Shown here in pieces: positions 1 through 10,565 of a stretch of DNA of 64,000 bases. This stretch comes from a phage: assembly GCA_028030915.1 (NCBI GenBank), contig GCA_028030915.1_4867.1; one strand, written 5' to 3'. Each line of letters begins with the position of its first letter. Position 1 is the first letter of the stretch. The translations under genes were made by a program, and so were the position numbers. The notes beneath the pieces are model-generated. The model made no database searches. It saw nothing but the letters and a program-made list of their open reading frames with translations, and was not told the DNA's origin.

Positions 1-311
1 ATCGTCAAACATTCATCATCGGTAAGTTTATACTTACGTTTGAGCACTGGCTTGTTATCCAGTATCCAGCTATACCCTTTGATGTGGTGCGACGCACGGT
101 CTTCTTTGGTAGAGAAGATATCGTGAGCTGCCACCGCAATCAGTATCAGCTTCAGGTGTTCGGTTTGCCCAAGCATATACGCGATACGAATCGCATTTGA
201 TTTAACTGAGTTGATGTGATCCATGCGATGCGCACTATCAGTATAACGATAGAAGTCGCGGAATTGACGAACCAGTTTTTCCCAAAGTTTGTTGAGTTCA
301 GTGCCCTGCAT
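1..311 (-). CDS. HD-domain-like phosphohydrolase, N-terminal part (gene continues beyond window edge)
   Basis: ATG at 311-309 on minus strand; frame stays open to position 1. Own translation MQGTELNKLWEKLVRQFRDFYRYTDSAHRMDHINSVKSNAIRIAYMLGQTEHLKLILIAVAAHDIF shows H...HD spacing typical of HD hydrolases. Not in ORF track because truncated. Confidence 0.4.
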   Translation of the reverse strand, partial: MQGTELNKLWEKLVRQFRDFYRYTDSAHRMDHINSVKSNAIRIAYMLGQTEHLKLILIAVAAHDIFSTKEDRASHHIKGYSWILDNKPVLKRKYKLTDDECLT

Positions 312-345
312 GTAAATATTCCTTACGATAATGGTCGATTAACTA

Positions 346-735
346 CTACGAGAATGTGTGATAACAACGTGTCAGTGTAACCTTCACGTTATCAGAATGG
401 TCTTCGTTGGTATACACCACCGGCCAGATAATGTTATCAGACGAAAGCGCCTTTGATAACCCTTCAATCAATTCCTTCATTGAGGTTCCCTTCAGCCGAT
501 GGGTCGTACGCCACCTGTGTGACGTCATACGGCTATAAACCACCATATCTGGTGTAAGGGTACTACTTTCCTCTTTAATCTCCTCTAAACGCTTCTCCTC
601 GCTTTCTACGAAGCTTAGTAAAGCATCCGGATTTCGAACAAACTCACCGAAACGATCGTCTCGGCGCAAGCCACAAAGAACCCATAGCGTGAATGGGTCT
701 CTGCACGCGTCCACTAACCCCTCTGCGATTTTCAT
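346..735 (-). CDS. hypothetical protein (129 aa)
   Basis: ORF track; co-oriented and tightly spaced with neighbours; no recognisable motif. Confidence 0.5.
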   Translation of the reverse strand: MKIAEGLVDACRDPFTLWVLCGLRRDDRFGEFVRNPDALLSFVESEEKRLEEIKEESSTLTPDMVVYSRMTSHRWRTTHRLKGTSMKELIEGLSKALSSDNIIWPVVYTNEDHSDNVKVTLTRCYHTFS

Positions 736-789
736 TTTATTCCTTCCTACACAGTCAAAGGATTTGTACGATTCGTGATTTTTGAGAGA

Positions 790-1188
790 TCAGATTAGCT
801 GCTCAGCGCGCAAACGTTTCAAAGTGTTCGTTGCTGTAACAAGAACATCTTGCAGTTCTTGCATTGCTTTACCAACAAAGAACGGTTTAAGATGCAGGTC
901 GCTAGTGATGAGTCCGCCGTATTTGTACGGTAGGTCTGTAATATCACAGACGATGGGATTTTTTGCTCGCCACTCTTCATCAGCAACGAGAATAAGAAAC
1001 TTCCAGGCGTCTTGATTGCCGAGCGATTCACCGGTTTCTGGCTTGTAGAGTTCTTTTAAACGTTTATCGCGCTCGGAGATAAGGTATTCGTCATCAGTCA
1101 ACAGACGAATTAAATCGGCTTCGTTGCTCTCGGCTTTAGCACAAAGCATCATGGCAACAAACGGGTCTTGGCGTAGTTGGTTAGTCAT
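790..1188 (-). CDS. hypothetical protein (132 aa)
   Basis: ORF track; SD-like aggag upstream of ATG 1188; preceded by conserved motifs at 1239-1263 and 1208-1220. Confidence 0.55.
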   Translation of the reverse strand: MTNQLRQDPFVAMMLCAKAESNEADLIRLLTDDEYLISERDKRLKELYKPETGESLGNQDAWKFLILVADEEWRAKNPIVCDITDLPYKYGGLITSDLHLKPFFVGKAMQELQDVLVTATNTLKRLRAEQLI

Positions 1189-1207
1189 TGTAAATACTCC
1201 TTCTGGG

Positions 1208-1220
1208 TAATAGTCGATTA
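1208..1220 (-). promoter_or_regulatory. conserved start-proximal motif B (AATCGACTATTA on minus strand), copy 1
   Basis: Plus-strand taatagtcgatta about 20 nt upstream of ATG 1188. Confidence 0.3.
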
Positions 1221-1238
1221 AAGCGTTAACGTGTAACG

Positions 1239-1263
1239 CTCACCTAAGTAATATATATCTCAG
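1239..1263 (-). promoter_or_regulatory. conserved intergenic motif A (candidate phage promoter), copy 1
   Basis: Plus-strand ctcacctaagtaatatatatctcag; minus-strand reading ctgagatatatattacttaggtgag contains TATATTAC; the 22-mer ctcacctaagtaatatatatct is identical to 60430-60451; lies between a terminator and the next start codon. Confidence 0.4.
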
Positions 1264-1282
1264 TTCTTTTTGAATGCAATTA

Positions 1283-1324
1283 ATAAAATAAAAAGACTCA
1301 CCCGTATCCGAAGATAGGATGAGC
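1283..1324 (-). terminator. intrinsic terminator (UUCG-tetraloop hairpin plus U-tract on minus-strand RNA)
   Basis: Plus-strand aataaaataaaaaga then ctcacccgtatccgaagataggatgag; on minus RNA this is a hairpin with UUCG loop followed by a U-rich tract, just after the stop of gene 1335-1928. Confidence 0.6.
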
Positions 1325-1334
1325 CTAGTGGAGC

Positions 1335-1928
1335 TTAGACTTGCAGTAGTGTCCCCGAGTAAGTAATCGGGTCATTGTAGAACGCTTCACACTGGAGGCA
1401 AATACCATCAATGTTCGGTTCTTCAGTTCGCGACCATATCGCCGCACCACCTTGCAAAATCCATTCTCGACAGTTACGACCATAATCGTCGACAAGCAAA
1501 TTACCTCGCGAGGCGTAAGCTTTCTTCTGCCCTGAACTTTCGGTGACGATGACTTTGTCAGCTGGTACCCCAAAGTGCTTCATGAACCACCGTTGTTTTG
1601 AATCCACAACCAATTGGTGGTCGTAGTGATCTTCTGACCCAGAGGTGAGTATTGCCCAACTGTCGCAAAGTCTATCTACCGTTTCCAGGATTCGCTCTAC
1701 ACCCTCAATTGGTTCGAGTTTGTAAAACAAGTCAGGATCGTTCTGATACATCGAACGAACCAAACTACGACGACGGAGTTCAGGTAATGCGTTAAACTCT
1801 TTAATCGTCATTCCGGGAAAATGTGTGGATAAAACGTATTTACGCCAGCGTGCAAAAACGCCATCGCTATCCAGATAAAACATTTTCTTGTCCTTATTTT
1901 GTTCCCCAACACATGAAACCAACGTCAT
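1335..1928 (-). CDS. HAD-superfamily 5'(3')-deoxyribonucleotidase-like protein
   Basis: ORF track 197 aa; motif YLDSDGV (HAD motif I DxDG) near N-terminus and LVDDY near C-terminus; probable true start at internal Met (about 1883). Confidence 0.55.
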   Translation of the reverse strand: MTLVSCVGEQNKDKKMFYLDSDGVFARWRKYVLSTHFPGMTIKEFNALPELRRRSLVRSMYQNDPDLFYKLEPIEGVERILETVDRLCDSWAILTSGSEDHYDHQLVVDSKQRWFMKHFGVPADKVIVTESSGQKKAYASRGNLLVDDYGRNCREWILQGGAAIWSRTEEPNIDGICLQCEAFYNDPITYSGTLLQV

Positions 1929-1936
1929 GTAAAAAA

Positions 1937-2281
1937 TTACATCTGCTTTATTGCCATATTCGAACGATACGGCTCAGTGAGTAGAAAGTAAGTACGGCGA
2001 TAGTCGATTGTCACTCCAGCCTCTTTAATGTCGCAATAGAGTGCCATGATATCTAGCGACGCGATTCCGGAGATAATGTTATTAACCTTGCGTTTTGTAT
2101 CAAAACGTTCCGATAAGATTTCGGCAAGCACTTCCTTACCAGCCTTTCCTTGGATGGCGTAGATCGCTAACGCTTTCAGTTCTTCCGGCGTCAAACAACG
2201 AAGGGTCGGAGGTATTGCGATGTTAACGACCTTCATGCGTCCCCCTACTGTAGTGGTTTTTAGTTGTGATTTGCAGACCAC
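1937..2281 (-). CDS. hypothetical protein (114 aa)
   Basis: ORF track; gene array context. Confidence 0.5.
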   Translation of the reverse strand: MVCKSQLKTTTVGGRMKVVNIAIPPTLRCLTPEELKALAIYAIQGKAGKEVLAEILSERFDTKRKVNNIISGIASLDIMALYCDIKEAGVTIDYRRTYFLLTEPYRSNMAIKQM

Positions 2282-2291
2282 GAACTAGGCA

Positions 2292-2921
2292 CTACGGTGA
2301 AACGACGTATTCGTTCAGTGCGTTATCAAAAGCAGTACGCGCAGTGGCGACCGCCTCCGAGACCTTAACTTCACCGCGCTCCCAGTTGACGCTGATAATC
2401 AGCCGATAAAACTCGCCGGCTTTCAGCAGTTGACTGGTAGACAGGCGCACATCTTGTCCGAAACTTAAGTGATAGACAAAAACATGACCACCGTTGCGAA
2501 GTTCTGACAATCGCATCTCGCCCAGGTAAATCGGTTTGATATCCCAGTTCGACATGCGGTGTGGTACAATCCATACTTCACCCGCCCGATTCGGTTCCTG
2601 TGTCAGGTTGACCGAAGGCTGCGCTACATCACGTTCATCAAAACCGTAAAGATATAATCGTGTGGGTATTTCGATTGCAGAGAAGTTGTGACGTGCACCC
2701 TTAATCGCTCGCTCTAAATCTACCGAGCAGCAAATCCTGGGCACGGTCTTGTCTTCATCTGGCGCGCACGAAAGTGGGATACGCGGCGAAAACGTCGGTA
2801 TCTTACACTTGCTTAAATGCAGCGGCTGTTCAGTCAGTTTACGTAACGTCAACTTTTTGGCGACGTGCGGCATCTGGCGTTCACACCACCGCTCTAATGA
2901 CGGGTCGACATGTTCTGCCAT
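2292..2921 (-). CDS. hypothetical protein (209 aa)
   Basis: ORF track; gene array context. Confidence 0.55.
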   Translation of the reverse strand: MAEHVDPSLERWCERQMPHVAKKLTLRKLTEQPLHLSKCKIPTFSPRIPLSCAPDEDKTVPRICCSVDLERAIKGARHNFSAIEIPTRLYLYGFDERDVAQPSVNLTQEPNRAGEVWIVPHRMSNWDIKPIYLGEMRLSELRNGGHVFVYHLSFGQDVRLSTSQLLKAGEFYRLIISVNWERGEVKVSEAVATARTAFDNALNEYVVSP

Positions 2922-2924
2922 TTT

Positions 2925-3728
2925 TTACCAGCTCCTTACACCCATGCCCATTACCCGCAGATTGGACACTTTCGGAGCCAGCTGCAGGTATTCCTGCGCG
3001 AGTTGCTGGAGAGCACCACGACGGGACTCAGTGGCAACAGCGCTGGTCGTTGTCGGATTGTACAGAATGTCTTCCAACACTTGACGACTGATAGGGCGGT
3101 CGACGTAAGTGCGAGTAGATTCCTGTGCCACTTTACTACCGCGTTGAATCGCAGAGTATTTGTTACAGATTTGCAGGCCATCTTCAATAACCCAGTCAAA
3201 GGTGACCAGTTTATCGATGCGGCGTACGATAGTCGTACCCAGACGACCTTCACGAACGATAGCACGCAGCGAGAAACACACGTTCTGATGTGGGTTCTCT
3301 AGTGCTTCCGCCAGAAGCGGACCACGTTCACGGTTAGGTTTAATCCAACCCCAAATTTCCATCACCGGCAGACCGTTACACATCTGGTCGGTCGGCTTCA
3401 CTTCTACTTCGCGAATGTGCATACACACGTTACGCGTTTCGATCCATTCGTTACGTTCGATCCACTGGGCTTCGCTCATGCCTTGTTCGTATTGCGGATG
3501 GTCTTCTTCACCGAAGAGATTCCCCGCCAAAACTTTACGCATGAAAACGTTAGAGCGCTCGAAGACATGTTTTGACTCGTTATAGGCGTAGTAAATATTC
3601 TCAGAGTTGAAAATATTCAGTGCACCTAACAGGACGTAGTAATATCCGTCCGCATCTTTCTTTAGCGTTGCCCCTTTATTGACCCCAGCGAGTGCCACGC
3701 AGTTATAACGTAGTGACAAGTTTTCCAT
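2925..3728 (-). CDS. hypothetical protein (267 aa)
   Basis: ORF track; long ORF, tight spacing. Confidence 0.6.
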   Translation of the reverse strand: MENLSLRYNCVALAGVNKGATLKKDADGYYYVLLGALNIFNSENIYYAYNESKHVFERSNVFMRKVLAGNLFGEEDHPQYEQGMSEAQWIERNEWIETRNVCMHIREVEVKPTDQMCNGLPVMEIWGWIKPNRERGPLLAEALENPHQNVCFSLRAIVREGRLGTTIVRRIDKLVTFDWVIEDGLQICNKYSAIQRGSKVAQESTRTYVDRPISRQVLEDILYNPTTTSAVATESRRGALQQLAQEYLQLAPKVSNLRVMGMGVRSW

Positions 3729-3790
3729 TGGTTTCCCCAGTTGTTATTACCGAAGCGGGTTATTGGGGACGTACAATAACCCTACCTCAG

Positions 3791-4519
3791 TTACCTCATA
3801 TACAAATCCTCGAGTGGCTCTGCACGTACCGGATCGACCTGGAGTGCAGAACGGATACCCTGTTTCAGTTCCACATCTGCAATCTTGGCCAACCGGGAAG
3901 TTTTGTTCAATGAACCTGAACGCAGCGGAATAAACTGCACCCGATTCATCAAATCGCTGTCTTTTTTCAGGGTGTAGCGGAAATACGTCCGCGGGTCGCC
4001 AACCTTACGCTGTGTGTGGGCAGCATAACAGTCAGCGGTGATCTGGTCGTTAAAGACCGTAAAGCCGTTCCACGTCTTAGTGTCAGACAATAGCTCAGCG
4101 TCATCTACTGCGGTGTACCAGAAAGGCCGGTTTCCGAAGTCGTAGATGTACGAAGCGATGTTGTAGACTGGCGAGGATAGCACTTGCAGCATTCGGTTGG
4201 GGAACACCACCGTGCCGGGGTCAAAACGGAACTCGTAATACGGCACACCCTGAACGTCAATTTCCTCAAACGCCGACGGGGTAATTTCAATGAACGTCGT
4301 GACGTTCGATACCCCGTAGGTTTTGCGGTCAGTGGAGATAGCGAAAATACCGACGATTTCTACTTGCGAAGAAATTACCGCCAGCTCTTTAGCCACGAAG
4401 CCAACAGGGATGTAAATGTAACATCCCCCTTTGGTGATGGTGGCCGTGCCTTGGTCCACTAAATCTGCATGAATTTTCGTCGCGTCACGACGTGCTGTTT
4501 CAATGGCGCTCACGACCAC
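3791..4519 (-). CDS. hypothetical protein (242 aa)
   Basis: ORF track; long ORF. Confidence 0.6.
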   Translation of the reverse strand: MVVSAIETARRDATKIHADLVDQGTATITKGGCYIYIPVGFVAKELAVISSQVEIVGIFAISTDRKTYGVSNVTTFIEITPSAFEEIDVQGVPYYEFRFDPGTVVFPNRMLQVLSSPVYNIASYIYDFGNRPFWYTAVDDAELLSDTKTWNGFTVFNDQITADCYAAHTQRKVGDPRTYFRYTLKKDSDLMNRVQFIPLRSGSLNKTSRLAKIADVELKQGIRSALQVDPVRAEPLEDLYMR

Positions 4520-4528
4520 CTCTCTTTA

Positions 4529-6004
4529 TTAAACTTTGCTCGGTACAGAAATAACCACACCGCCACAAATCCAATCCAGGACGTAGTTAATCATCCAGTC
4601 GGTTGCCACCTCGTCAGGTTGACGGTTAGCAATCATACCACGATGAATATCCAGCATCAGCTTGGACAGTTCGTATTCGCCGAAGACCTCAGTCGCGGAG
4701 ACTTTGATAACGAACTCAGTGATGTCTGTGGTGTCGGTTGTGAAGAACGAATCGATGAAGCTTGCCGTTGATTTCTTAACGAACTCCGGCGTTGCTACCT
4801 GACCGTCCTGTCCACGCCAGAACAGTTCAGGATCGGTTGCATCGATGGCCACGTTAAACGCTTGTTTCAGTGACTGGCGATTGCGTGTTACCCAACTGCT
4901 GTCGAGCTTAGCACGCTGAATCGCAGAACGGTGTCCCCAGGCAGCGATGTAGTCTTTCTGTTTTTCCAACAGTGAAGCTACACGCGTGGAGACATTGGTG
5001 TCACCTTCGTCCAGCTGGTAGATAGCGCCCAGCAACGCTTCAACGCTACCGCCTTTTTCCAGATAGTCGTCCATCACTTCCTGACAGATATACACTTTCT
5101 TCTCAACGTTGTCGTATCCGAAGACAATGTTACCGGTCTTGATGCGGGTAACGATGTTCTGGGTGTAGGCGTAAACCCAACCGATATAGCTGTAATGCAA
5201 CGGCAGCATCTGTGCTTTCCACTGCCCGCTATTCAGACCAGAGTCTTTCCACGGCATTTCCAGGTAGTAGCCAGAAAGCAGCATAAACAGAATGTTGCGT
5301 TTCAGGTTGTGCGGTGCCTGGTCGCTTACCGGAGAGAGCATGTTCCCTTCGAGCATGTTGCGAACGGCTTCGTTGATATTCCAACCCAGCGCATTCAACA
5401 GTTCTTTAACCAGATCGTCGTATGCTTTGCTGCCGGTTTCTGGCAGTTCGATATCGGCAGGGACGTTGGCTTTAACTGCAGGGTGCGTAGTACCATTGCC
5501 CAGCGGGTTTTCTACCGAATCAATTAATGCCTGTACCACCGGGGAGTTCAACGCCGGGTCCATACCTGCAGGCACAAGTGCCCATTCTTCGCTAACTGCC
5601 TGGTTTTCAATACCCTGGTTGTTTTGGATAACCAGTTGAACAAACGGCTGAATAACGTTACGGGCAAAGTCAAGCATACCCTGACAACGTTGGATAGCCA
5701 TACGTTTCAGTTCGAACAGTGTCGGTTCGTGGTCTTCGACGTTCAGCGTTTCTGGACCCGCTGCAGTATCTGCGATTACAGACGCTTCGCCTGTACCGGC
5801 CTGCGGCGTTTTCAGTGCAGTGATATCCGGCAGAGACTGGAAGAACTCTTCGTCAGTTATCTGCGTATCGAAAACGCTCTGCTGCGTAGTCGCTTTTGTC
5901 AGTAGACCAACAGGACTGTCAACGTCAGCTTCCAAACGAATCTGGTGTTGTTTCGCCAGTTTCATTGCGTTGGTGACAGCATTAAGTGAATATAAGTTGA
6001 TCAT
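4529..6004 (-). CDS. hypothetical protein (491 aa), possibly virion-associated
   Basis: ORF track; long ORF in operon with the large 1401-aa gene; no motif recognised. Confidence 0.65.
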   Translation of the reverse strand: MINLYSLNAVTNAMKLAKQHQIRLEADVDSPVGLLTKATTQQSVFDTQITDEEFFQSLPDITALKTPQAGTGEASVIADTAAGPETLNVEDHEPTLFELKRMAIQRCQGMLDFARNVIQPFVQLVIQNNQGIENQAVSEEWALVPAGMDPALNSPVVQALIDSVENPLGNGTTHPAVKANVPADIELPETGSKAYDDLVKELLNALGWNINEAVRNMLEGNMLSPVSDQAPHNLKRNILFMLLSGYYLEMPWKDSGLNSGQWKAQMLPLHYSYIGWVYAYTQNIVTRIKTGNIVFGYDNVEKKVYICQEVMDDYLEKGGSVEALLGAIYQLDEGDTNVSTRVASLLEKQKDYIAAWGHRSAIQRAKLDSSWVTRNRQSLKQAFNVAIDATDPELFWRGQDGQVATPEFVKKSTASFIDSFFTTDTTDITEFVIKVSATEVFGEYELSKLMLDIHRGMIANRQPDEVATDWMINYVLDWICGGVVISVPSKV

Positions 6005-6294
6005 GCCTGACCCCCGTTTTTGGTGCTGATGGAATCCTGGATGCGACCAGTAATGCGCGCACCCACCATATCAGCGATGTCTCGTTTCAGCAAACGCTGA
6101 TCGCCCATGCGGTCAGACAGGCCATTGCTGCCCTTCAGCAGTCCGTGAATAATTTCGGTGGCCAATTCAACCGCATTGCCCAGAACAACAAAGTTCATGC
6201 GTTGCTGTGGGGAATAACCTTCCGTTTCCGGATTCGTGCTATTACGGCCCACCGGAATCCCATGCTGCTGCTTGAGCGTATCTAAAATTCCCAT
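6001..6294 (-). CDS. hypothetical protein (97 aa)
   Basis: ORF track; 4-nt overlap with downstream gene suggests translational coupling. Confidence 0.45.
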   Translation of the reverse strand: MGILDTLKQQHGIPVGRNSTNPETEGYSPQQRMNFVVLGNAVELATEIIHGLLKGSNGLSDRMGDQRLLKRDIADMVGARITGRIQDSISTKNGGQA

Positions 6295-6341
6295 TATTAA
6301 CTCCGGAGTTTATTTACCGGGCGGGAGCGACCCGCCCTACA

Positions 6342-9300
6342 TTAGTTGATTTTAGCCGGCAAGGCTGGGACGTCTTCACCATCTAAGATGCGTCCGATGT
6401 TCTCCCCACCACGATACCCGACAGCGTTGGTGGTTCCGATGCGCATGATAGAACCCACGATACGTGCGTCGACGGAATCACGACCAAAGATAATGTCGAG
6501 TTCCTGCCCGTCTTCCGTTTTGTTGGTTCCATACATCACTTCCTGAACCGTCGTTTTCAGCTGGTTAGCAATAACCATCTTATCCGCTGCTGCCATCTCT
6601 ACCCGGTGTGTGATGTAGAATCGGACACACAGGCTATTGTACGCTAACGGCACCCCCTCAACACGAAAATCACCGTTGACTCGACCGTCCTTCGGCTCGT
6701 CACGTTTGAGAGCCAGCGCAGTCTTCCGACGTATACGGTCGTATTTACGAACCATCTCCGCCAAAGACGGGGTCATATCTTCAACCTCGCCGTGGTAAAC
6801 CACTTCGATTTTGTCGATAAACCCACGAACACCAGAGCGTGGTGCAAAGGAGCTTAACTCACGCAGCGTTTCCGCTGCTTCTTTACTGAACCCGCTCATA
6901 TCGCCGGTCAGGTTGTCGGTGAAGGTGCATAGAATTGAATCCACGTCTACGTGGTCCCCTTCTTTTACCATCTCCAACAGGTTCTGGGTAAACGTCATTG
7001 TGACTTCTTTGAGTTTGGTAACATCGGCTTCAGCCTTAGCAGCGAACCGCTCACTAATGGCGTTGGAGTCCTCAATTACTTCTTCCCCTTCAATCAAAGC
7101 GACAGTTGCCAGTATCCCGTTTTTAAAGCTGACCTGCGTTGGATCGTAGATGTCTGGTTCAAAGTGTTGTTCGTTGTACGTGATAACGGCACCGGCGGGG
7201 AGTTTATCTCCGCGCTTCCATTTCGTTACCAGGGTGTGTGGGTAGTAAGTCCCTTCGTGTGGACCGAACCAACGGCCCAGTGGGAAAGCTTCTTCCTCTC
7301 CGTCGTCGTATTTGATTTTAACGTGGTCGTTAAGAACCTCCACAATCTTGCCTGGTTTATCGATTACGCGTGCGTGCTTCACAGAAGTACGGTGTGCCAC
7401 GAACTTTTCTTGCTCGGTACGATACGGTGTGGTGGTTGCGCCAACACAACTGGTCGCAGAACCGAATTGAATCCCAACGAAGTTCTGACGCTTAGCATCG
7501 TCCATCAGGGTATCCGGCACCAAGCCATCAATAAATGACAGTGCCTCACCTGGCTTCAGTTTATCGAGGTCCTTTTTAAAGGTCGTGCCGTCCACGGTGT
7601 CGTAACGCGGATTGTTTGTTGCAAAGGCGGTGATACCTACGTCGCCGTTATCGACCGTGTTACCGGAGACAATCCCCAGGTCGCTCGGTTGGAATTCACG
7701 GGTACTGTAGACCATGGTTTTGCGGTTACGACCGCCTGTACCGCCCATGGTAACGACATCCTTTTCTTTGATGTTCTGTACCGGGTTTGCGCCAGGTGCC
7801 AGCAGAACAGACGGGTCGGAGTTAATTGCACCCCACACCATGTCCTGCGTCAACTCAAACTTACGATTCGAGTTAGGCGCGTTGTTGTAGTTACGCATCG
7901 CCCGCACCATCGCGGTGTAGATGTGATACGAAATACGTTGGTTCCCGATGAACATCATTTCGTCACCGTTAATTTCCGGTAACGTGTGGTCCGTCTGCAG
8001 CAGTTCGTTAGAACGCTCCAGTAAGCCGATAAAGGTTTCCGGCTCGCCCATTTTCCTGAGGATACGCGCGTGCATGTCATCAACAAATGCGGTCCGCATC
8101 AGTTTCAGCTCTTTGATGTAGCGAGGTGTTAGCCCATCTGCATCACGTAACAGGTTCAGATAAATGTCTTCCCGGTCAACTTCCGACTCGGTATACGTGG
8201 TAAAGTGTTTGATGTAACGGTCTAAGCCGTTGACAATCATCCTCTGTTGATCGTTCTCGCAGACAATTGCAATTTTCGCATCCTGGAGACGAATAATGGA
8301 GTCGAACTGACCTTTATCGATACGTTGTCCGACAGAGAGAACCTCGTAACTGATACCAAAGTGTTTCAACATCCCGGTTAACCCGAGATAGTACGCAAAC
8401 ACAAAGCCCAGCGAGATTGATTTGCCCATCAGTGACAGTTCGGTCATTTCTCGTGGAGCCTTAGAGGTGTCCACGCCAAAGACCTCGGCGAGTGTACCCA
8501 GTGGTTCGGTCTTATCCTTATCCACTCGATAAAGCTGGGAGTTTTTATCCATACCGACGATGACATGACTCCGCGGTTTCTTCGCCACAGGTACCAGCTC
8601 GACACGGTCCGCGTCTGCCAGTTGCCCTTCGTTAAAGAATGCCGCTTTCTGTTTAATGTCAAAGCTCCATTGGTACCCAATTGCGTTGAACGCTGCTACA
8701 CGACGCGCCACTTCGGTGTACTGACGCGGCAGTTTAGACAACGGATCGAACACATTCGCCAGTTTTGCATCAGTGATTTCGGTGTTCTTTGGATCGACCG
8801 CGCGAGTAATAATCGCGTTAGTGAGCCAACGTCCGTAATCATTGACGACTTTATCACTGCGACGGACAAAGTTCTTCCCGTAGGCAGTGGTTAACGCTAC
8901 AGTATCGTGGGACACTTTACGGATAGGAAGATCAACACGCTGACGACGCATTGTATATTCCACACCATTTGCAACCCAAGTACCGTCTTCGGTTAATGCA
9001 GGAATTGAGAAACGTACCGTGGTTGGTTCTCCGCCAATCGGCTGAATACGCAACGTGTGGTGTTCGATATTCCCGGTAACGGAAATCTCTTTCTCAACAG
9101 TGTGATTGTGAATCGCCAAACCGAGACGCTGAGATGACGCTACTGCCCCCAGAATATCTTTCGGGAAGATTTCCTGGTTGTACTGACGAATGATTTGGTC
9201 GGTGGTATTTTCCGCCCAGGCTTCATCCGTAACTAAGCGTTCAATCTTCTTAGGCTCGGCTTTAACTTCGAGTTTCTTCGGATCGATGGTCAGACCTTCG

Positions 9301-10547
9301 CCGTACGTCTCTTTAGGATTGTACGGGTTGGGTAAGTTTACGAAACGTTTAGAAGATTCGTTCAGGAACTGATACGCTTTGGCGGTGACGCGGCCCGCTT
9401 CTGCCAGGCGCTCAACTTCCTGTTTAATCACAGCATCGTGTGGGATGGTGCGTTCTACGACGATGGTGGTTGGTTTGACATCTTCTTTCGGCGCTTCGAT
9501 GACCAGATCTTCTTTCTCATCGAACTCATGATCGTTCAATATATCGTCAACGTTGTCGCTTTGTGTTGCTTCATCGTCGACGATATCGAGGCTTTCTTCC
9601 GGTTTGCTGGTAACAGATTCAACAACATCGTCGTCCTCTCCCAGATGTACGCGTTCGTCCCCTTCCGGTGTAACGAACTCGTCATCTTCGTAGTCGGTAG
9701 ACGGCGGTGTGGTCATCACCGTAGTCAGTGTACGGTAGAACATTCTGCCCATCTGCACGTCAGTCAAACGACCGCCGGCAGACTTACGCATTCTTTCAAT
9801 TACACCCATGTTCATGGATGTAAAACCACCGTTGTGTGTGAAGATAAAGTTCACACGTGACAGCTGGTTCATGTCCATACCGTCAAACAGTGTTGCTTGC
9901 TGATCGCCGTACACCCAACCGAACAACTCCAGTAACCACAGGAGATTAAAGTCCTTAAAGCGCTCCAGTTTGGTTTTAACACGATCGTTATACGTCATTT
10001 TAAAACGATCGAAAGAAGGCAGTACGTTACCCAGTTCGATGATGTAGTAGTTCTGACGCATGTACTCACGTGAGTCAGTTTTCATCTGGTTAGTTATCAG
10101 TAGCTGAATGTTGTGCAGACGTTCGTACCAGGACATCAGAGTATCAGGGTAGAAATAATGCGGCAGCATCGGGGTGTAGTTTTCGATGAGCAGCACTTTT
10201 GGATCGGAACGTACCACGCCGTCTTCAATCATGCGACGAATACGACGGTTGTTACGATGGTACTGGAAGATTTGACGTTCTTGGCCAACAACAGGTTTCT
10301 TACGCGGATGGCCAATAATGCCGTCTTCAGGTAGCTGGAAGTGATGGCGAATCATCGCCGGTTTTTCCAGCTGGCCAAAACACGGTGTAGTTAACGGTGG
10401 CGCTAAAACCACCTGGTCTAAATCGATGGTGTGGTAGATAGAACCACGTGGGAGCTGGAGCTTCTCCAGCGGGATAATACGCGGGCGACCGAACTCATCG
10501 GTCTTGCGCACGGTAAAGCGCTGGTTAAACTGTTTCAGAAAAATCAT
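6342..10547 (-). CDS. large protein (1401 aa); possibly second RNA polymerase large-subunit-like or virion protein, family not resolved
   Basis: Uninterrupted 4.2-kb ORF starting 19 nt downstream of the beta'-like gene; acidic low-complexity segment (DYEDDEFVTPEGDERVHLGEDDDVVESV); no canonical beta/beta' motif confirmed by eye. Confidence 0.75.
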   Translation of the reverse strand: MIFLKQFNQRFTVRKTDEFGRPRIIPLEKLQLPRGSIYHTIDLDQVVLAPPLTTPCFGQLEKPAMIRHHFQLPEDGIIGHPRKKPVVGQERQIFQYHRNNRRIRRMIEDGVVRSDPKVLLIENYTPMLPHYFYPDTLMSWYERLHNIQLLITNQMKTDSREYMRQNYYIIELGNVLPSFDRFKMTYNDRVKTKLERFKDFNLLWLLELFGWVYGDQQATLFDGMDMNQLSRVNFIFTHNGGFTSMNMGVIERMRKSAGGRLTDVQMGRMFYRTLTTVMTTPPSTDYEDDEFVTPEGDERVHLGEDDDVVESVTSKPEESLDIVDDEATQSDNVDDILNDHEFDEKEDLVIEAPKEDVKPTTIVVERTIPHDAVIKQEVERLAEAGRVTAKAYQFLNESSKRFVNLPNPYNPKETYGEGLTIDPKKLEVKAEPKKIERLVTDEAWAENTTDQIIRQYNQEIFPKDILGAVASSQRLGLAIHNHTVEKEISVTGNIEHHTLRIQPIGGEPTTVRFSIPALTEDGTWVANGVEYTMRRQRVDLPIRKVSHDTVALTTAYGKNFVRRSDKVVNDYGRWLTNAIITRAVDPKNTEITDAKLANVFDPLSKLPRQYTEVARRVAAFNAIGYQWSFDIKQKAAFFNEGQLADADRVELVPVAKKPRSHVIVGMDKNSQLYRVDKDKTEPLGTLAEVFGVDTSKAPREMTELSLMGKSISLGFVFAYYLGLTGMLKHFGISYEVLSVGQRIDKGQFDSIIRLQDAKIAIVCENDQQRMIVNGLDRYIKHFTTYTESEVDREDIYLNLLRDADGLTPRYIKELKLMRTAFVDDMHARILRKMGEPETFIGLLERSNELLQTDHTLPEINGDEMMFIGNQRISYHIYTAMVRAMRNYNNAPNSNRKFELTQDMVWGAINSDPSVLLAPGANPVQNIKEKDVVTMGGTGGRNRKTMVYSTREFQPSDLGIVSGNTVDNGDVGITAFATNNPRYDTVDGTTFKKDLDKLKPGEALSFIDGLVPDTLMDDAKRQNFVGIQFGSATSCVGATTTPYRTEQEKFVAHRTSVKHARVIDKPGKIVEVLNDHVKIKYDDGEEEAFPLGRWFGPHEGTYYPHTLVTKWKRGDKLPAGAVITYNEQHFEPDIYDPTQVSFKNGILATVALIEGEEVIEDSNAISERFAAKAEADVTKLKEVTMTFTQNLLEMVKEGDHVDVDSILCTFTDNLTGDMSGFSKEAAETLRELSSFAPRSGVRGFIDKIEVVYHGEVEDMTPSLAEMVRKYDRIRRKTALALKRDEPKDGRVNGDFRVEGVPLAYNSLCVRFYITHRVEMAAADKMVIANQLKTTVQEVMYGTNKTEDGQELDIIFGRDSVDARIVGSIMRIGTTNAVGYRGGENIGRILDGEDVPALPAKIN

Positions 10548-10565
10548 ACATGTGCCTTATGGGTA